A program made the position numbers and the translations under genes. This document shows positions 19,101 through 30,305 of a stretch of 64,000 nt of DNA, piece by piece (position 1 is the stretch's first letter; each line of letters begins with the position of its first letter). Source of the stretch: an uncultured Verrucomicrobiae bacterium (GTDB lineage Bacteria > Verrucomicrobiota > Verrucomicrobiia > Limisphaerales > Palsa-1400); contig OY969763.1 in the NCBI GenBank assembly GCA_963702845.1, positions 5,088,001 through 5,152,000 on the forward strand, read 5' to 3'. Below the pieces are notes generated by a model that worked only from the letters and a program-made list of their open reading frames with translations, was not told the origin of the DNA and ran no database searches.

Positions 19101-22100
19101 CGTAAGATTTGCCGCGAGCTGATTGACGTTATCCGTGAGATCTTTCCACGTTCCCGCAGCGCCGGGCACTGAGGCCTGGCCGCCGAGTTTTCCTTCGACA
19201 CCGACTTCGCGCGCCACCGTCGTGACCTGGTCAGCGAACGTTGCGAGGGTGTCGATCATGCCGTTGATCGTGTCGGCGAGCGCGGCGATTTCGCCTTTCG
19301 CTTCGACGAGCAATTTGCGTTTGAGATCACCGTTCGCGACTGCCGTCACGACTTTCGCGATACCGCGCACCTGGTTCGTGAGGTTACCCGCCATGGAATT
19401 CACGTTATCAGTGAGATCTTTCCACGTGCCGCTGACACCTTTCACTTCGGCCTGGCCGCCGAGGATACCTTCGGTGCCGACTTCGCGCGCCACGCGAGTC
19501 ACCTCGGATGCGAAGGAGGAAAGTTGGTCCACCATCGTGTTGACAGTGTTTTTCAGTTCGAGAATTTCGCCTTTAACTTCGACCGTGATCTTCTTCGTCA
19601 AATCGCCATTCGCAACCGCCGTCGTGACCGTTGCAATGTTACGGACTTGAGACGTCAGGTTGGACGCCATGTAATTTACATTGTCGGTTAGATCCTTCCA
19701 CGTGCCGGCCAGACCGCGCACGTCAGCTTGACCACCGAGTTTTCCTTCGGTGCCGACTTCGCGGGCAACACGAGTCACTTCAGACGCAAATGAGCGAAGT
19801 TGGTCCACCATCGTGTTGATGGTGTCTTTGAGTTCGAGAATTTCGCCTTTGACGTCGACTGTGATTTTCTTGGAAAGGTCACCCGTCGCGACCGCCGTCG
19901 TCACGGCCGCGATGTTACGCACTTGAGCGGTGAGGTTGGACGCCATGGAGTTCACCGAGTCGGTGAGGTCCTTCCAGGTGCCGGCGACACCTTTGACGTT
20001 TGCTTGCACGCCGAGTTTACCTTCGGTGCCGACTTCGCGTGCGACGCGCGTCACTTCGACGGCGAACGAGGAAAGTTGGTCCACCATCGTGTTGACGGTG
20101 TTTTTTAGCTCCAGAATTTCGCCTTTAACGTCGACCGTAATCTTTTTGGAAAGGTCACCATTCGCCACGGCCGTCGTGACTGCCGCGATATTACGGACTT
20201 GAGACGTCAGGTTTGACGCCATGAAATTCACGTTGTCGGTAAGGTCTTTCCACGTGCCGGCTACACCGCGCACGTCCGCTTGACCGCCGAGTTTTCCTTC
20301 GGTGCCGACTTCACGCGCAACACGAGTCACTTCCGCCGCGAACGACCGGAGTTGGTCCACCATCGTATTGATGGTGATCTTCAGTTGGAGAATTTCGCCT
20401 TTGACGTCGACCGTGATTTTCTTGGAGAGGTCACCCGTCGCGACTGCCGTCGTCACGTCTGCAATGTTACGAACCTGTGCCGTGAGGTTACCGGCCATTG
20501 AGTTCACTGAGTCGGTGAGATCTTTCCACGTACCTGCGACGCCACGCACTTCTGCCTGGCCGCCAAGTTTACCTTCGGTGCCGACTTCGCGTGCGACACG
20601 AGTCACTTCCGCCGCGAAGGACGAGAGCTGGTCCACCATCGTGTTGATGGTGTTTTTGAGTTCCAAAATTTCACCTTTGACGTCGACCGTGATCTTCTTG
20701 GAGAGGTCGCCAGTCGCGACCGCCGTCGTCACTTCCGCAATGTTGCGGACCTGGCCAGTGAGGTTGGAGGCCATGGAATTCACCGAGTCGGTGAGGTCTT
20801 TCCACGTACCGGCGACGCCTTTCACATTCGCCTGGCCGCCGAGTTTACCTTCGGTACCGACTTCGCGTGCGACACGAGTCACTTCCGCAGCGAAAGACGA
20901 AAGCTGGTCCACCATCGTGTTGACCGTGTTTTTCAGTTCCAAAATTTCGCCTTTGACGTCGACGGTGATTTTCTTGGTCAGGTCACCGTTCGCGACCGCC
21001 GTCGTCACCGCCGCGATGTTACGGACTTGGGACGTGAGGTTGCCGGCCATCGAGTTCACGTTATCCGTGAGGTCTTTCCACGTGCCTGCGACGCCTTTGA
21101 CGTAGGCTTGCCCGCCGAGAATGCCTTCGGTGCCCACTTCGCGCGCGACGCGCGTTACTTCAGATGCGAACGAGGAAAGCTGATCAACCAGTGTGTTGAT
21201 TGTGTTTTTGAGTTGGAGAATTTCACCTTTGACATCGACAGTAATTTTCTTGGAAAGGTCACCGCTCGCAATCGCCGTCGTGACGTCAGCGATGTTACGG
21301 ACCTGAGAGGTCAGGTTACCGGCCATTGAGTTCACTGAATCGGTGAGGTCCTTCCACGTTCCCGCGACGCCTTTGACGTCCGCCTGACCACCGAGTTTTC
21401 CTTCGGTGCCGACTTCGCGCGCGACACGAGTCACTTCCGCAGCGAAGGATGAAAGTTGATCCACCATCGTGTTGACAGTGTTTTTCAGCTCAAGAATTTC
21501 ACCTTTAACGTCGACCGTAATTTTCTTGGAAAGGTCACCGTTCGCGACCGCCGTCGTGACCGCCGCGATGTTACGGACTTGAGACGTCAGGTTGGACGCC
21601 ATGAAATTCACTGAGTCGGTAAGGTCTTTCCAGGTTCCAGAAACACCTTCGACTTTCGCCTGACCGCCGAGGATACCTTCGGTACCGACTTCGCGCGCCA
21701 CGCGCGTCACTTCAGACGCGAACGAACGGAGCTGACCCACCATCGTATTAATGGTGTCTTTGAGTTCCAAGAATTCGCCTTTGACGTCGACCGTGATTTT
21801 CTTGGTCAAGTCGCCATTCGCCACCGCCGTCGTCACCGTCGCGATGTTACGCACCTGGGACGTGAGGTTCGAGGCCATCAGATTGACGTTATCAGTAAGG
21901 TCCTTCCATGTGCCGGCGACGCCTTTAACTTTCGCCTGACCGCCGAGTTTACCTTCGGTGCCGACTTCGCGCGCCACGCGCGTCACTTCAGAGGCGAACG
22001 CCGAGAGTTGGTCCACCATCGTATTGACCGTGCGCGCGGTGCGGGAAAATTCACCCTCGAGTTTGCGGCCTTCGATATCGACGGCCATCGTTTGCGAAAG

Positions 22101-22445
22101 GTCACCTTTCGCGACGGCGCCGATAACGCGCGCCGTTTCGGAAATCGGGTGGGCCAAGCAGTTGATCAGCGTGTTTACGGAATCAACGCGTTGCGCCCAT
22201 TCACCGGTCACGTGACCGGTGGCAAGACGTTCATTAATTTTTCCTTCGTGACCGATGAGGCGGCTGATGCGGTTCAAGTCGCGCGTGGATTGCGACATAA
22301 TATCTGCAACGTCGTTGAAAGCTTCAGCGACTTTGCCGCCGACGCCGATCCAGTGGACGGGCAAGCGCACCGAGAAATCGCCCCGTTTAAAGGCGGTCAG
22401 CACGGAAAGTAATTGGCGATGATCAATGTCTTCAGCGGCAACCAT
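16152..22445 (-). CDS. Cytoplasmic poly-HAMP hybrid histidine kinase (HAMP array-GAF-HisKA-HATPase-3xREC)
   Basis: Eleven 92-aa [10 protein letters not shown] repeats, [11 protein letters not shown]-box, NAFKFT and GGTGLGL boxes, three receiver domains, no TM helix. The true start may be at 22630 with a frameshift. Confidence 0.93.
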   Translation of the reverse strand: MVAAEDIDHRQLLSVLTAFKRGDFSVRLPVHWIGVGGKVAEAFNDVADIMSQSTRDLNRISRLIGHEGKINERLATGHVTGEWAQRVDSVNTLINCLAHPISETARVIGAVAKGDLSQTMAVDIEGRKLEGEFSRTARTVNTMVDQLSAFASEVTRVAREVGTEGKLGGQAKVKGVAGTWKDLTDNVNLMASNLTSQVRNIATVTTAVANGDLTKKITVDVKGEFLELKDTINTMVGQLRSFASEVTRVAREVGTEGILGGQAKVEGVSGTWKDLTDSVNFMASNLTSQVRNIAAVTTAVANGDLSKKITVDVKGEILELKNTVNTMVDQLSSFAAEVTRVAREVGTEGKLGGQADVKGVAGTWKDLTDSVNSMAGNLTSQVRNIADVTTAIASGDLSKKITVDVKGEILQLKNTINTLVDQLSSFASEVTRVAREVGTEGILGGQAYVKGVAGTWKDLTDNVNSMAGNLTSQVRNIAAVTTAVANGDLTKKITVDVKGEILELKNTVNTMVDQLSSFAAEVTRVAREVGTEGKLGGQANVKGVAGTWKDLTDSVNSMASNLTGQVRNIAEVTTAVATGDLSKKITVDVKGEILELKNTINTMVDQLSSFAAEVTRVAREVGTEGKLGGQAEVRGVAGTWKDLTDSVNSMAGNLTAQVRNIADVTTAVATGDLSKKITVDVKGEILQLKITINTMVDQLRSFAAEVTRVAREVGTEGKLGGQADVRGVAGTWKDLTDNVNFMASNLTSQVRNIAAVTTAVANGDLSKKITVDVKGEILELKNTVNTMVDQLSSFAVEVTRVAREVGTEGKLGVQANVKGVAGTWKDLTDSVNSMASNLTAQVRNIAAVTTAVATGDLSKKITVDVKGEILELKDTINTMVDQLRSFASEVTRVAREVGTEGKLGGQADVRGLAGTWKDLTDNVNYMASNLTSQVRNIATVTTAVANGDLTKKITVEVKGEILELKNTVNTMVDQLSSFASEVTRVAREVGTEGILGGQAEVKGVSGTWKDLTDNVNSMAGNLTNQVRGIAKVVTAVANGDLKRKLLVEAKGEIAALADTINGMIDTLATFADQVTTVAREVGVEGKLGGQASVPGAAGTWKDLTDNVNQLAANLTTQVRSIAEVATAVTKGDLTRSIQVDASGEVASLKDNINEMIRNLKDTTIKNNEQDWLKTNLAKFTRMLQGQRDMLTVGKLILSELAQVVSAQQGVFYIVETPKDEQPKGAEDHSEPYLKLLASYAYRNRKHVGNKFALGEGLVGQAALEKERILLTKAPPDYVQIGSGLGQAPPTNIIVLPILFEGGVKAVMELSSFEQFSPTHQAFLDQLMESIGIVLNTIEANTRTEDLLKQSQKLAKELQSRQEELQNTNQELQEKAKLLAEQNAEVERKNSEVEQARQALEEKAEQLALTSKYKSEFLANMSHELRTPLNSLLILADSLAGNNEGNLSHKQVDYAKTIHASGNDLLTLINDILDLSKIESGTVTLDIGERRFSDLRDYVDRTFRHVAESKKLELELDLDAGLPSFITTDSQRLEQVIRNLLSNAFKFTEKGQVTFSINNATEGWSPDRETLNRARQVIAFSVSDTGIGIAPEKQQLIFEAFQQADGSTSRKYGGTGLGLAISREIARLLGGEIRLASAVGQGSTFTLYVPVTPAPMRTVKRSAIGPVVPAQILPASNRMSVLSPVEAEEPATELVDFSVADDRSQIHQGDRVLLIVEDDPHYAALLLEMAHSKGFKGIIASHGATALSLARELKPDAITLDLRLPDIDGRRVLGRLKVDFTTRHIPVQIISVREDLQPELMQGALGYLTKTHTREALEKTFSEIKMFVERPTKNLLVVEDDEVQIKNIRELIGNGDVHTTAVKTGKEALEELQKHKYDCMILDLKLPDMSGMQLLEAIKNKPESNQVPILVYTAMELHKDQHAHLKTMAEAILIKDARAPERLLDKASLILHRNISKLPDKQRQMLQSLHHAILEGKRVLVVDDDVRNIFAMTSVLERFEMKVFSAETGKDAIDILVKNKNEIDIVLMDIMLPAMDGYETIRTIRQIAGFEELPIIAVTAKAMKGDREKCIAAGASDYIAKPVDREHLRSVLHVWLHK
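18978..22013 (-). repeat. Intragenic 276-bp tandem repeat x11 (HAMP array)
   Basis: Eleven 92-codon units counted in the translation; units differ mostly at synonymous positions. Confidence 0.95.
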
Positions 22446-22910
22446 GGCGGCGACGGCACGGGTGCGATCGCCTTGCCATTATGATTAGCACCGGCGCCGT
22501 TTGAGGCAGTGCGTGTACGGCCATTGGTGGATGGCGAATTGATGGTGGAGGAATCGACTTTTTGTTGAAGAGGAGCCTTAGCAGGTCCGAGGGGCTTCTT
22601 CCCATTTTTGGTCGTAAGTGAATTTGGCATATTCGAGGTACAGTTCTGCGACTGCTAAGTATTCAGCAACCGGGCGCTGAAAAATATCCGGCAGGTCACG
22701 ACCTGTTGATTGGTAAATTCCCTGAATTCGAGACTCAGGCTAACACCGAGGCGGCGCGAGGGTTTGCATTGCAACTCAGGAACTCAACCAATGCGAAGTC
22801 CGCAATTCGAAGCAGTGTTCGCGATTTAGCCAGAGATGGCTTCCCTCATACGTTAGCAAAACGGCGAAAGGTTGCTTTGCTCTGGGTCACGCCTTAGAGT
22901 CTTTTACGAT

Positions 22911-23411
22911 ATGGGTCAGCGACGTGAAGCGCGCGAACGCGCAGTCCAATTTTTGTTTCAGCACGACCTCAATCCACCCGCAAAGATGGATGAGGCGCTC
23001 GACCATTTTTGGGAGACGCAACGGGCGCCGGCGATCGCTGAGGAAAAAGGCCCGGCGACCTGGGGTCAGAAAACAGAAATGCCGCCCATCACCGCTGAAG
23101 AAACAGGGACCCGCTTGTTCGCCGATAAACTGATTCGCGGCGTAATCGAACATCGTGACGCTGTTGACGCAAAGATCAAAGAACACGCGGAGAATTGGGA
23201 CATGCATCGAATGGCGGTGGTCGACCGTAATATTTTGCGCCTCGCCATTTACGAAATGCTTTACCGCGACGACATCCCGCCAGTCGTGAGCATTAACGAA
23301 GCGGTCGATATCGCGAAGAGATTTTCCACACAGGACAGCGGGAAGTTCGTCAATGGAATCCTCGACAAAGTAAAAGGCGAGCTGATGCGGCCGGCTCGAA
23401 TCGTAAAATAG
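22911..23411 (+). CDS. nusB: Transcription antitermination factor NusB
   Basis: [35 protein letters not shown] and FVNGILD. Confidence 0.96.
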   Translation: MGQRREARERAVQFLFQHDLNPPAKMDEALDHFWETQRAPAIAEEKGPATWGQKTEMPPITAEETGTRLFADKLIRGVIEHRDAVDAKIKEHAENWDMHRMAVVDRNILRLAIYEMLYRDDIPPVVSINEAVDIAKRFSTQDSGKFVNGILDKVKGELMRPARIVK

Positions 23412-23415
23412 CCGC

Positions 23416-24249
23416 ATGTTCGCCGACCTGCATCTTCACACGAATTTTTCTGACGGCACGTTCACGCCGGAAGAAGCGGCCGAACGCGGCCACAAGGCAG
23501 GGCTCGCCGCGATGTCATTGACGGATCACGACACGGTGGAAGGTTGCGCGCGCATGGCGGCGGCCTGTGCGGCGCACGGGATGCGTTTTATTAGCGGCAC
23601 AGAACTGACCGCTGAATTGGAAGGCAACGAGCTTCATCTGCTTGGATATTTTATCGATATCGAAAACCCCACCTTGCTCGGTGAGATGAAGAAGTATCAG
23701 AGCGTTCGCCAAAGCCGCATTCACGAGATGGTAAAAAAGTTGAATGAGCTGAACATTCCCTTGCGCGCCGAAACGGTTTTTCAAGTCGCCAACTGCCAGT
23801 CCCCCGGACGGCCGCATGTGGGTCGAGCGCTCGTGCAGGAAGGTTATTGCGCGAATATGGACGAGGCGTTCGATCGATTTTTGAAAAAGCATCGTCCGGC
23901 ATTTGTGCCGAAGATGCGCGTCTCCGCTTTGGACGCGATCGAGCTGATTCACAATGCCGGCGGGCTCGCGGTCATGGCTCATCCTGGTTTGAATCGAACC
24001 GACGAATTGATCCCGCGACTTGTTGATCAAGGTTTGGACGGCATTGAGTGTTATCACACCAAACACTCGCCTTCGACGAGCCAACATTATTTGAAAATTG
24101 CTGCCCAATATAATTTATTAGTAACGGGCGGTTCGGATTGCCACGGTTACAGCAAAGGCAAGCCGCTCATCGGCACGGTGAAGTTGTCAGGCGAGCATTT
24201 GGAAAAACTTATTGCTGCCCACGAAGCGCGGAAAAATCCGCGCCGGTAG
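23416..24249 (+). CDS. PHP domain phosphoesterase (TrpH/YciV-like)
   Basis: DLHLHTNFSDG, TDHD, GRPH, AHP and TGGSDCHG. Confidence 0.9.
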   Translation: MFADLHLHTNFSDGTFTPEEAAERGHKAGLAAMSLTDHDTVEGCARMAAACAAHGMRFISGTELTAELEGNELHLLGYFIDIENPTLLGEMKKYQSVRQSRIHEMVKKLNELNIPLRAETVFQVANCQSPGRPHVGRALVQEGYCANMDEAFDRFLKKHRPAFVPKMRVSALDAIELIHNAGGLAVMAHPGLNRTDELIPRLVDQGLDGIECYHTKHSPSTSQHYLKIAAQYNLLVTGGSDCHGYSKGKPLIGTVKLSGEHLEKLIAAHEARKNPRR

Positions 24250-24267
24250 CACCTCAAGGTCATCGGC

Positions 24268-25191
24268 ATGTTAGGACTATTTAAGAAGTTCAAGGACGGC
24301 TTACAGAAGACGCATTCGAAGCTGACCCACGAAATCAAACGCATCGTCACGGCCTCGCCGAAAATGACGGCGGCGACGCTGGAGGATTTAGAGGTCGCAT
24401 TGATTTCGGCGGACTTGGGCATGGCCATGACGAGCGAGATCGTCACTGCTGTTAGGAAAGGCTACGAAACTCAGGGCGGCGCTGGACTGGACGTGTTCGC
24501 AATTGCCAGTGCGGAAGTGACGAAAAGTTTATCGAGTGCGGATCCTGCATTGAAACGCGTTCCGGGCGTGACTGTCGTTTCGGTCGTTGGCGTGAATGGC
24601 ACGGGAAAAACCACGTCGGCCGCCAAGCTAGCATATTCGATAAAACAACAAGGCGGCGACCTCGCGATGCTCGCGGCGTGCGACACCTTCCGCGCTGCGG
24701 CCGTCGAGCAATTAAAAATTTGGGGTGAGCGCCTGAACATCGAAGTCATCGCCGGCGCGCCCAATGCCGATCCTGCGTCAGTCGCACACGACGCCATCAC
24801 CGCCGCGCAGGCGCGCAATGCGCAGTTTCTTTTCGTCGATACAGCGGGGCGTTTGCACACCAAGCATAACCTGATGCAGGAGTTGCAAAAAGTTCACCGC
24901 GTCATGGACAAAAAACTTCCCGGAGCACCGCACGAAACCTTGCTCGTGCTCGACGCCACCACTGGCATGAACGCGCTCAATCAGGCGCGCGAATTTCACA
25001 AAGCCGTCAAACTCACCGGCCTCGTCGTGACTAAACTCGATGGCACGAGCAAAGGCGGGATGGTCGTCGCGATTCAAAAAGAACTCGGGCTGCCGATCAA
25101 GTTCGTCGGCCTCGGCGAAAAAGCCGAAGACCTGCAGCCGTTCGACGCGAAACAATTCGCCGATGCATTGTTCGAGAAGGACGAAAGCTAA
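24268..25191 (+). CDS. ftsY: Signal recognition particle receptor FtsY
   Basis: GVNGTGKTT, DTFRAAA, DTAGR and TKLDGTSKGG. Confidence 0.97.
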   Translation: MLGLFKKFKDGLQKTHSKLTHEIKRIVTASPKMTAATLEDLEVALISADLGMAMTSEIVTAVRKGYETQGGAGLDVFAIASAEVTKSLSSADPALKRVPGVTVVSVVGVNGTGKTTSAAKLAYSIKQQGGDLAMLAACDTFRAAAVEQLKIWGERLNIEVIAGAPNADPASVAHDAITAAQARNAQFLFVDTAGRLHTKHNLMQELQKVHRVMDKKLPGAPHETLLVLDATTGMNALNQAREFHKAVKLTGLVVTKLDGTSKGGMVVAIQKELGLPIKFVGLGEKAEDLQPFDAKQFADALFEKDES

Positions 25192-25213
25192 AACATGCGT
25201 CTCTGCGTTTGAA

Positions 25214-26347
25214 ATGAGCGTCACCGTCGTGAAAAATCGCGATGAAACATTCATGGGCCGCGCCCTCAAATTGGCGCAACGCGCATACGGTGCGACGTCT
25301 CCCAACCCGATGGTCGGCGCTGTTCTGGTCAAAGTCGGAAAAGTTATTGGCGAAGGGTGGCATCATTGCGCCGGAATGCCCCATGCGGAAATCGAAGCAT
25401 TTCGCGACGCAAACCGGAAAGGTCACAATCCAAAAGGCGCGACTGTTTACGTCACCTTGGAACCGTGCTCCACGCATGGCCGAACTCCTCCTTGCACGGA
25501 TGCGTTAATTAAAGCCGGAATTAAACGTGTCGTCACCGGCGCGATTGATCCAAATCCTGCGCACGCGGGAAACGGTTTAAAGATTTTGCGACGTGCCAAA
25601 ATTACGGTCACATCCGGCCTCCTCGAAGATGAATGCACGCGTCTCAATGAAGCGTTCAATCACTGGGTTATTCATCGGACACCATTCGTCATCGTCAAAT
25701 CAGCGATGTCCTTGGACGGACGTATCGCCACAAAAACCGGCGAATCGCAATGGATTACCAACGAACAATCGCGTGCCGAAGGCATGAAATTGCGTGCCGG
25801 CTGCGATGCCATTGTTGTTGGAATCAATACCGTTTTGCGCGACAACCCGCGCCTGACTATTCGAGGTGAATACGCAGCGAAGCGGGCATTCCCGTTGCGC
25901 AGAATCGTGCTCGATCCTTCCGGGCGGATTCAACTCAACGCCAACTTGCTGACCGACGAATTCAAAACGTCGACGACGATTGTCGTGACCGAGCTCGCAG
26001 CAAAACGGAAAGTCGAAACACTGCGCAAAACAGCAAACGTCATCATCGCTCCAACAAAGCGCGGCAAAATCGACCTTCGTTGGTTGTTGAAAAAGCTTGG
26101 CCAGGAAAACGTGACCAGGCTGCTCGTTGAAGGCGGCGGCGAAACCAACGCTGCATTTCTGCTGAACGGTTTTGCGCACCGGGTCGCTTTTTTTTACGCG
26201 CCGATCGTCATTGGCGGCCGCGAAGGACCTCGCGCTGTTGGTGGCGACGGAATTTTGAAACTCGAAGACAAGATTGTTTTAGAGGACGTGGAGTGGCATA
26301 GCTTTGGTGGCGACTTGCTCTTGAACGCGAGAGTGAAAGCGCGGTGA
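25214..26347 (+). CDS. ribD: Bifunctional riboflavin deaminase/reductase
   Basis: PNPMVGAV, HAE, TLEPCSTHGRTPPC, SLDGRIA and VEGG. Confidence 0.96.
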   Translation: MSVTVVKNRDETFMGRALKLAQRAYGATSPNPMVGAVLVKVGKVIGEGWHHCAGMPHAEIEAFRDANRKGHNPKGATVYVTLEPCSTHGRTPPCTDALIKAGIKRVVTGAIDPNPAHAGNGLKILRRAKITVTSGLLEDECTRLNEAFNHWVIHRTPFVIVKSAMSLDGRIATKTGESQWITNEQSRAEGMKLRAGCDAIVVGINTVLRDNPRLTIRGEYAAKRAFPLRRIVLDPSGRIQLNANLLTDEFKTSTTIVVTELAAKRKVETLRKTANVIIAPTKRGKIDLRWLLKKLGQENVTRLLVEGGGETNAAFLLNGFAHRVAFFYAPIVIGGREGPRAVGGDGILKLEDKIVLEDVEWHSFGGDLLLNARVKAR

Positions 26348-26348
26348 T

Positions 26349-26957
26349 ATGTTCACAGGCATCGTTGAAGAAACGGGACGCGTGGAGAAAATCGAGCCGA
26401 TTGCGACAGGCATCCGCCTGCTCGTGAGCAGCCGCGTGTGCGCGCGTGGACTGAAGATAGGCGACAGCGTCGCGGTGAACGGTTGCTGTTTAACCACGGA
26501 GAAAATGACCAGTCGCGCTGGCAAAAAAATCATTCAGTTTTCCCTCCTCGCGGAAACCTGGCGTCTCACCAACCTGCAATTCGCAAAACTGGGCAACGTC
26601 GTGAACCTGGAACGCCCTCTGCGCGCCGATGGTCGTTTCGGCGGCCACTTCGTCACCGGCCACATCGATGGCACCGGCAAAATCATCCGCTGGGAACCGT
26701 CTGGGAAAGATTACGTTTTGGATGTCAGCGCGCCGCCGGAAATTCTGCGCTACATCGTCCAGAAAGGTTCGATTGCGATCGACGGCATCAGCCTGACGGT
26801 CGCGGACGTAAACAAGAAATCGTTTCGTGTCTGGATCATCCCGCACACCTACAAAGTCACCGCGCTACACGAACGCAAAGTCGGCGACCCGGTGAATCTT
26901 GAAGCAGACCTGCTCGGCAAATACGCCGAGCGCTTTGCTACCTTCCGGAAGAGTTGA
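26349..26957 (+). CDS. ribE: Riboflavin synthase
   Basis: MFTGIVEE, GDSVAVNGCCLT, GGHFVTGHID and KGSIAIDGISLTV. Confidence 0.96.
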   Translation: MFTGIVEETGRVEKIEPIATGIRLLVSSRVCARGLKIGDSVAVNGCCLTTEKMTSRAGKKIIQFSLLAETWRLTNLQFAKLGNVVNLERPLRADGRFGGHFVTGHIDGTGKIIRWEPSGKDYVLDVSAPPEILRYIVQKGSIAIDGISLTVADVNKKSFRVWIIPHTYKVTALHERKVGDPVNLEADLLGKYAERFATFRKS

Positions 26958-27213
26958 ATTGCTTCGTGTCCGATTGGTCTCGGAACTGCGATTGTTTGAC
27001 CTTCACGTGCGGCTCGACTGTCCGAATCCGTGACTCGGGGATAGTGTATGTCTTGCCGGACATGTTTTTGAAAACGAACACATTTTTTTCTTTGTCCAAT
27101 TTCGGCTTGCTCACGCCGGTGAACTGCATGCCGTTGGTTAGCGTAACGTCGTAGGCACTCCGGCAGCCGGCCAACACGCTGGCGGCAAAAATTATGGTGA
27201 TGAGTTTCTTCAT
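26938..27213 (-). CDS. Small lipoprotein (YgdI/YgdR-like)
   Basis: MKKLITIIFAASVLAG-C lipobox, then YDVTLTNG and SKPKLD. Confidence 0.75.
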   Translation of the reverse strand: MKKLITIIFAASVLAGCRSAYDVTLTNGMQFTGVSKPKLDKEKNVFVFKNMSGKTYTIPESRIRTVEPHVKVKQSQFRDQSDTKQFNSSGR

Positions 27214-27400
27214 AACGTGAGAACTTGTGACCTCTTTGATTGAGAGGGTTACGTCCCCTGCCGCTCGCGTCAATCATTTCCTGACGTTGAGCCAAGACAT
27301 CGCTGACGCGGTCGCCACAAAATCTCCCGCCCCCTCCATCGGATATGGCCCGATTGTCTGCTTCAACCCCCAATCTCACGATGATAGGTCAGAACAGTTT

Positions 27401-28543
27401 GTGAGACTACGCAACAAACCGGGTGCGGATTGTGCGGAGTTGAGCGACCGAGGCGATGGTCATTGGACCGTCAAACTTCACGGTCCGCTGAACGCCATTA
27501 CCGCCGGCCCCTGCTGGGGGACCTTGAAAAACGAACTCGCACTATACGATGTTCGCTCAGTGACCGTCGACGCGCGCGATGCTGTTATTGAAGGCACCAT
27601 TGGCGTCGCGCTGTTACGCTACATCGAGTCCGGCGCGATGACCCCCGGAGCGCCCACAACCCTCGAAGGAATCAGTGAAGACACCCGTGCATTAATGGAA
27701 ATGTTTGCCACGCCCGAAATCGTTGAACAGGCCCATCAACGACCGTTCAAAGTCCGAATCCCAGAAGAAGTCGGCGCATCCGCACGTTCGTTTTTCCGCG
27801 ACCTATATGAACAGGTCGCGTTCATCGGTGCAATTGCCGCCGCACTGCCCGCCGCGATCCTCCAACCTAAACGACTGCGCTGGGGCGAAATTCGGCGCGT
27901 CATTGATAAGGCCGGTGCCAATGCGCTGCCCGTCGTCGCGTTGTTCGGTTTCCTCATTGGTTTGGTGATGGCATTGGAAGGCGCGCGGCCCTTGCGCAAT
28001 CTCGGCGCGGAGATTTTTCTCGCCGACATCATCGGTTTTGCGTCATTCCGCAGCACTGGGCCACTTGTCACAGCAATCATGCTGGCAGGCCGCTCGGGCT
28101 CAGCATTCGCGGCAGAGCTCGGGACGATGAAAGTAAACGAGGAACTCGATGCTCTCACGACGATGGGTCTGAACCCCATTCGTTTCCTCGCACTCCAGCG
28201 CGTGATCGCCGCCGTCTTTCTCACACCAGTTCTCAGCATGTATGCCACCGCGATGGCTGTCTTTGGCGGAATTACGGTCATGCGGTTCCTCGGTTTCCCA
28301 CCGCTGATGATTTTTCACCAGATTATGGCGCGGGTCACCCTCTACGATGTCGTCCTGGGCCTGGAAAAGTCTGTTGTTTTCGGTATCATCATCGGCGGCG
28401 TCGGCTGTTTACGTGGCTTGCAAACGAAGGAAGGTCCTCGCGCGGTTGGCGCTTCGACGACCAGTTCCGTCGTCACGAGCGTTATCCTCATCGTGTTCGC
28501 GAACACCATTTTCTCAGGGGTCGTGTATTACCTCAAAAAATGA
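27401..28543 (+). CDS. MlaE-family ABC permease with an N-terminal STAS-like region
   Basis: GPLVTAIMLAGRSGSAFAAELGTMKVNEELDAL. The GTG start at 27401 is a guess. Confidence 0.88.
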   Translation: MRLRNKPGADCAELSDRGDGHWTVKLHGPLNAITAGPCWGTLKNELALYDVRSVTVDARDAVIEGTIGVALLRYIESGAMTPGAPTTLEGISEDTRALMEMFATPEIVEQAHQRPFKVRIPEEVGASARSFFRDLYEQVAFIGAIAAALPAAILQPKRLRWGEIRRVIDKAGANALPVVALFGFLIGLVMALEGARPLRNLGAEIFLADIIGFASFRSTGPLVTAIMLAGRSGSAFAAELGTMKVNEELDALTTMGLNPIRFLALQRVIAAVFLTPVLSMYATAMAVFGGITVMRFLGFPPLMIFHQIMARVTLYDVVLGLEKSVVFGIIIGGVGCLRGLQTKEGPRAVGASTTSSVVTSVILIVFANTIFSGVVYYLKK

Positions 28544-29322
28544 ACGACAACGACGTCATCATCCAAGTGAAAAACCTGCGCGTCGGGTATGACCACTGCT
28601 TGATCCTCGAGAACATAAACTTCGATGTCCGACGCGGTGAAGTGCTGGTGATCCTTGGACGCTCAGGCAGCGGAAAAACCACGCTGCTCAAAAACATGAT
28701 CGGTCTCAATGAACCGCTTGATGGCGAGATTTGGATGTTAGGAAAAAACCTCCTCAAAACGAAGGGACGCGAGCGTCAAAGCCTGCTCCGAAAATTCGGT
28801 GTGCTCTATCAAAGCGGTGCGTTATTTGGATCGATGACGGTGTTGGAAAACGTCCGCTTGCCTCTGGACGAACTCACCGATTTGCCTTTTGAAGCGTGCA
28901 ATCTGATTGCGCTCGGCAAACTGCGCCTCGTGGGTTTGGCCAATACTCCCGGTGTAATGCCTTCAGCCTTGAGCGGCGGAATGCAAAAACGCGCCGCCAT
29001 CGCTCGTGCGATGGCACTGGATCCCGAAATTCTTTTTCTCGACGAACCCTCAGTCGGCTTGGATCCAGTCACTTCAGCCAGTCTCGATCAATTGATTCTA
29101 AATCTCGTGAAGTCATTTGGCATCACCTTCGTGATCGTCACCCACGAAATGGCAAGTGTTCTGGACATCGCCACACGCGTGATCATGGTCGACGATCATG
29201 CCCGCACCATCATCGCCGAAGGGACAGCCGCCGACCTGCGCGACAAATCAACCGATCCACGCGTGCGCCAATTCTTCCAACGGGAAGCCGAAGAAGAGGT
29301 TTATCAAATTCGACGCGCATGA
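28540..29322 (+). CDS. MlaF-like ABC ATPase
   Basis: GRSGSGKT, QSGALF, LSGGMQKR and DEPSVGLDP. Confidence 0.92.
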   Translation: MNDNDVIIQVKNLRVGYDHCLILENINFDVRRGEVLVILGRSGSGKTTLLKNMIGLNEPLDGEIWMLGKNLLKTKGRERQSLLRKFGVLYQSGALFGSMTVLENVRLPLDELTDLPFEACNLIALGKLRLVGLANTPGVMPSALSGGMQKRAAIARAMALDPEILFLDEPSVGLDPVTSASLDQLILNLVKSFGITFVIVTHEMASVLDIATRVIMVDDHARTIIAEGTAADLRDKSTDPRVRQFFQREAEEEVYQIRRA

Positions 29323-30305
29323 CCACTAAACCAAATGATTTCAAGATTGGTTTGTTCGTATTGGTCGGAGTCGGCCTCGGGCTTGCCGCAGTGTTCATCT
29401 TTGGTGCGTCAAAATGGTTTGAAGGAAAAACTGTCGAAGAAACGTACGTTGCCGGGAACGTCGATGGTTTGAAGGTTGGCTCGGCTGTTACGCTGCGCGG
29501 CGTACCCGTCGGCGAAGTCTCACGGATCAACTTCACCTGGAACATTTACCGCCGGGTTGAACCGCGCTACGTCTACGTCGAATTCACCATCAACAATAAC
29601 ATTCCGCTAACCATGGAGGGTCTGGATATCCAGCAGCGATTGCAAAAAGAAGTTGAAAGCGGTCTGCGCGCGCGCATCAAATCCCAGGGACTGGCAGGGA
29701 TCAGCGCAATCGTTTCGCTCGAATACGTCGATCCGAAACAATACCCGCCGCTTCAGGTTCCATGGCAACCACACCACGCCTACATCCCGTCCGCCCCAGG
29801 CCAATTGACCGAGATCATCGCCAGTGTGGACAAAGTGATCGCCAACCTCAAAGAAGTCGACTTCCCCAAAATCAGCGCGCTCGTTCAGGACGATCTCATC
29901 GCCGGCAAACGCGTGTTGACTGACGTTGATAAAATCAACCTTCGTCAAATAGGCACCAACGCCGATCTGCTCGTCTCCGACTTACGCGACGTCGCCAAAC
30001 ATTTGAAAACGTTCGTCGGCACCACCAACGCCGCCTCGCAAGCAAACCTGCAAACGATCGCCAACGATGCGGATGCGTTACTTGGCCGGATGCAACAAGC
30101 CCTCGGCCGCATCGACCAAACGATTGGCCGGACGGACCAGGCGATTGGCAACGTCGATATCAACGTTCTCAACGAAACTTTGGAAAACCTCCGCCGCGCT
30201 TCCCGCGAGTTGAAGGAAACGATCAACAACATCAAAGAATATCCAGCCGGCGCGATCTTCGGGAAGCCACCGGAACCAGCGCGAAGTGTAGAAAGGCCAA
30301 GATGA
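29319..30305 (+). CDS. MlaD/MCE family protein
   Basis: FKIGLFV TM segment, VDGLKVGSAVTLRGVPVGEV MCE motif and a helical tail; ATGA overlap with the ATPase gene. Confidence 0.9.
   Translation: MTTKPNDFKIGLFVLVGVGLGLAAVFIFGASKWFEGKTVEETYVAGNVDGLKVGSAVTLRGVPVGEVSRINFTWNIYRRVEPRYVYVEFTINNNIPLTMEGLDIQQRLQKEVESGLRARIKSQGLAGISAIVSLEYVDPKQYPPLQVPWQPHHAYIPSAPGQLTEIIASVDKVIANLKEVDFPKISALVQDDLIAGKRVLTDVDKINLRQIGTNADLLVSDLRDVAKHLKTFVGTTNAASQANLQTIANDADALLGRMQQALGRIDQTIGRTDQAIGNVDINVLNETLENLRRASRELKETINNIKEYPAGAIFGKPPEPARSVERPR

Noticed and set aside
18978..22013. Possible DGR template/variable repeats or CRISPR-like repeats
   Set aside because: In-frame HAMP coding repeats with mainly synonymous differences; no reverse transcriptase gene in the window.
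22640..22910. FMN riboswitch ahead of the rib-containing operon
   Set aside because: No RFN consensus motifs recognised here or directly before ribD.
28896..29318. N-terminal extension of the MlaD ORF
   Set aside because: Overlaps the ATPase gene; the real start is the ATGA-coupled ATG at 29319.
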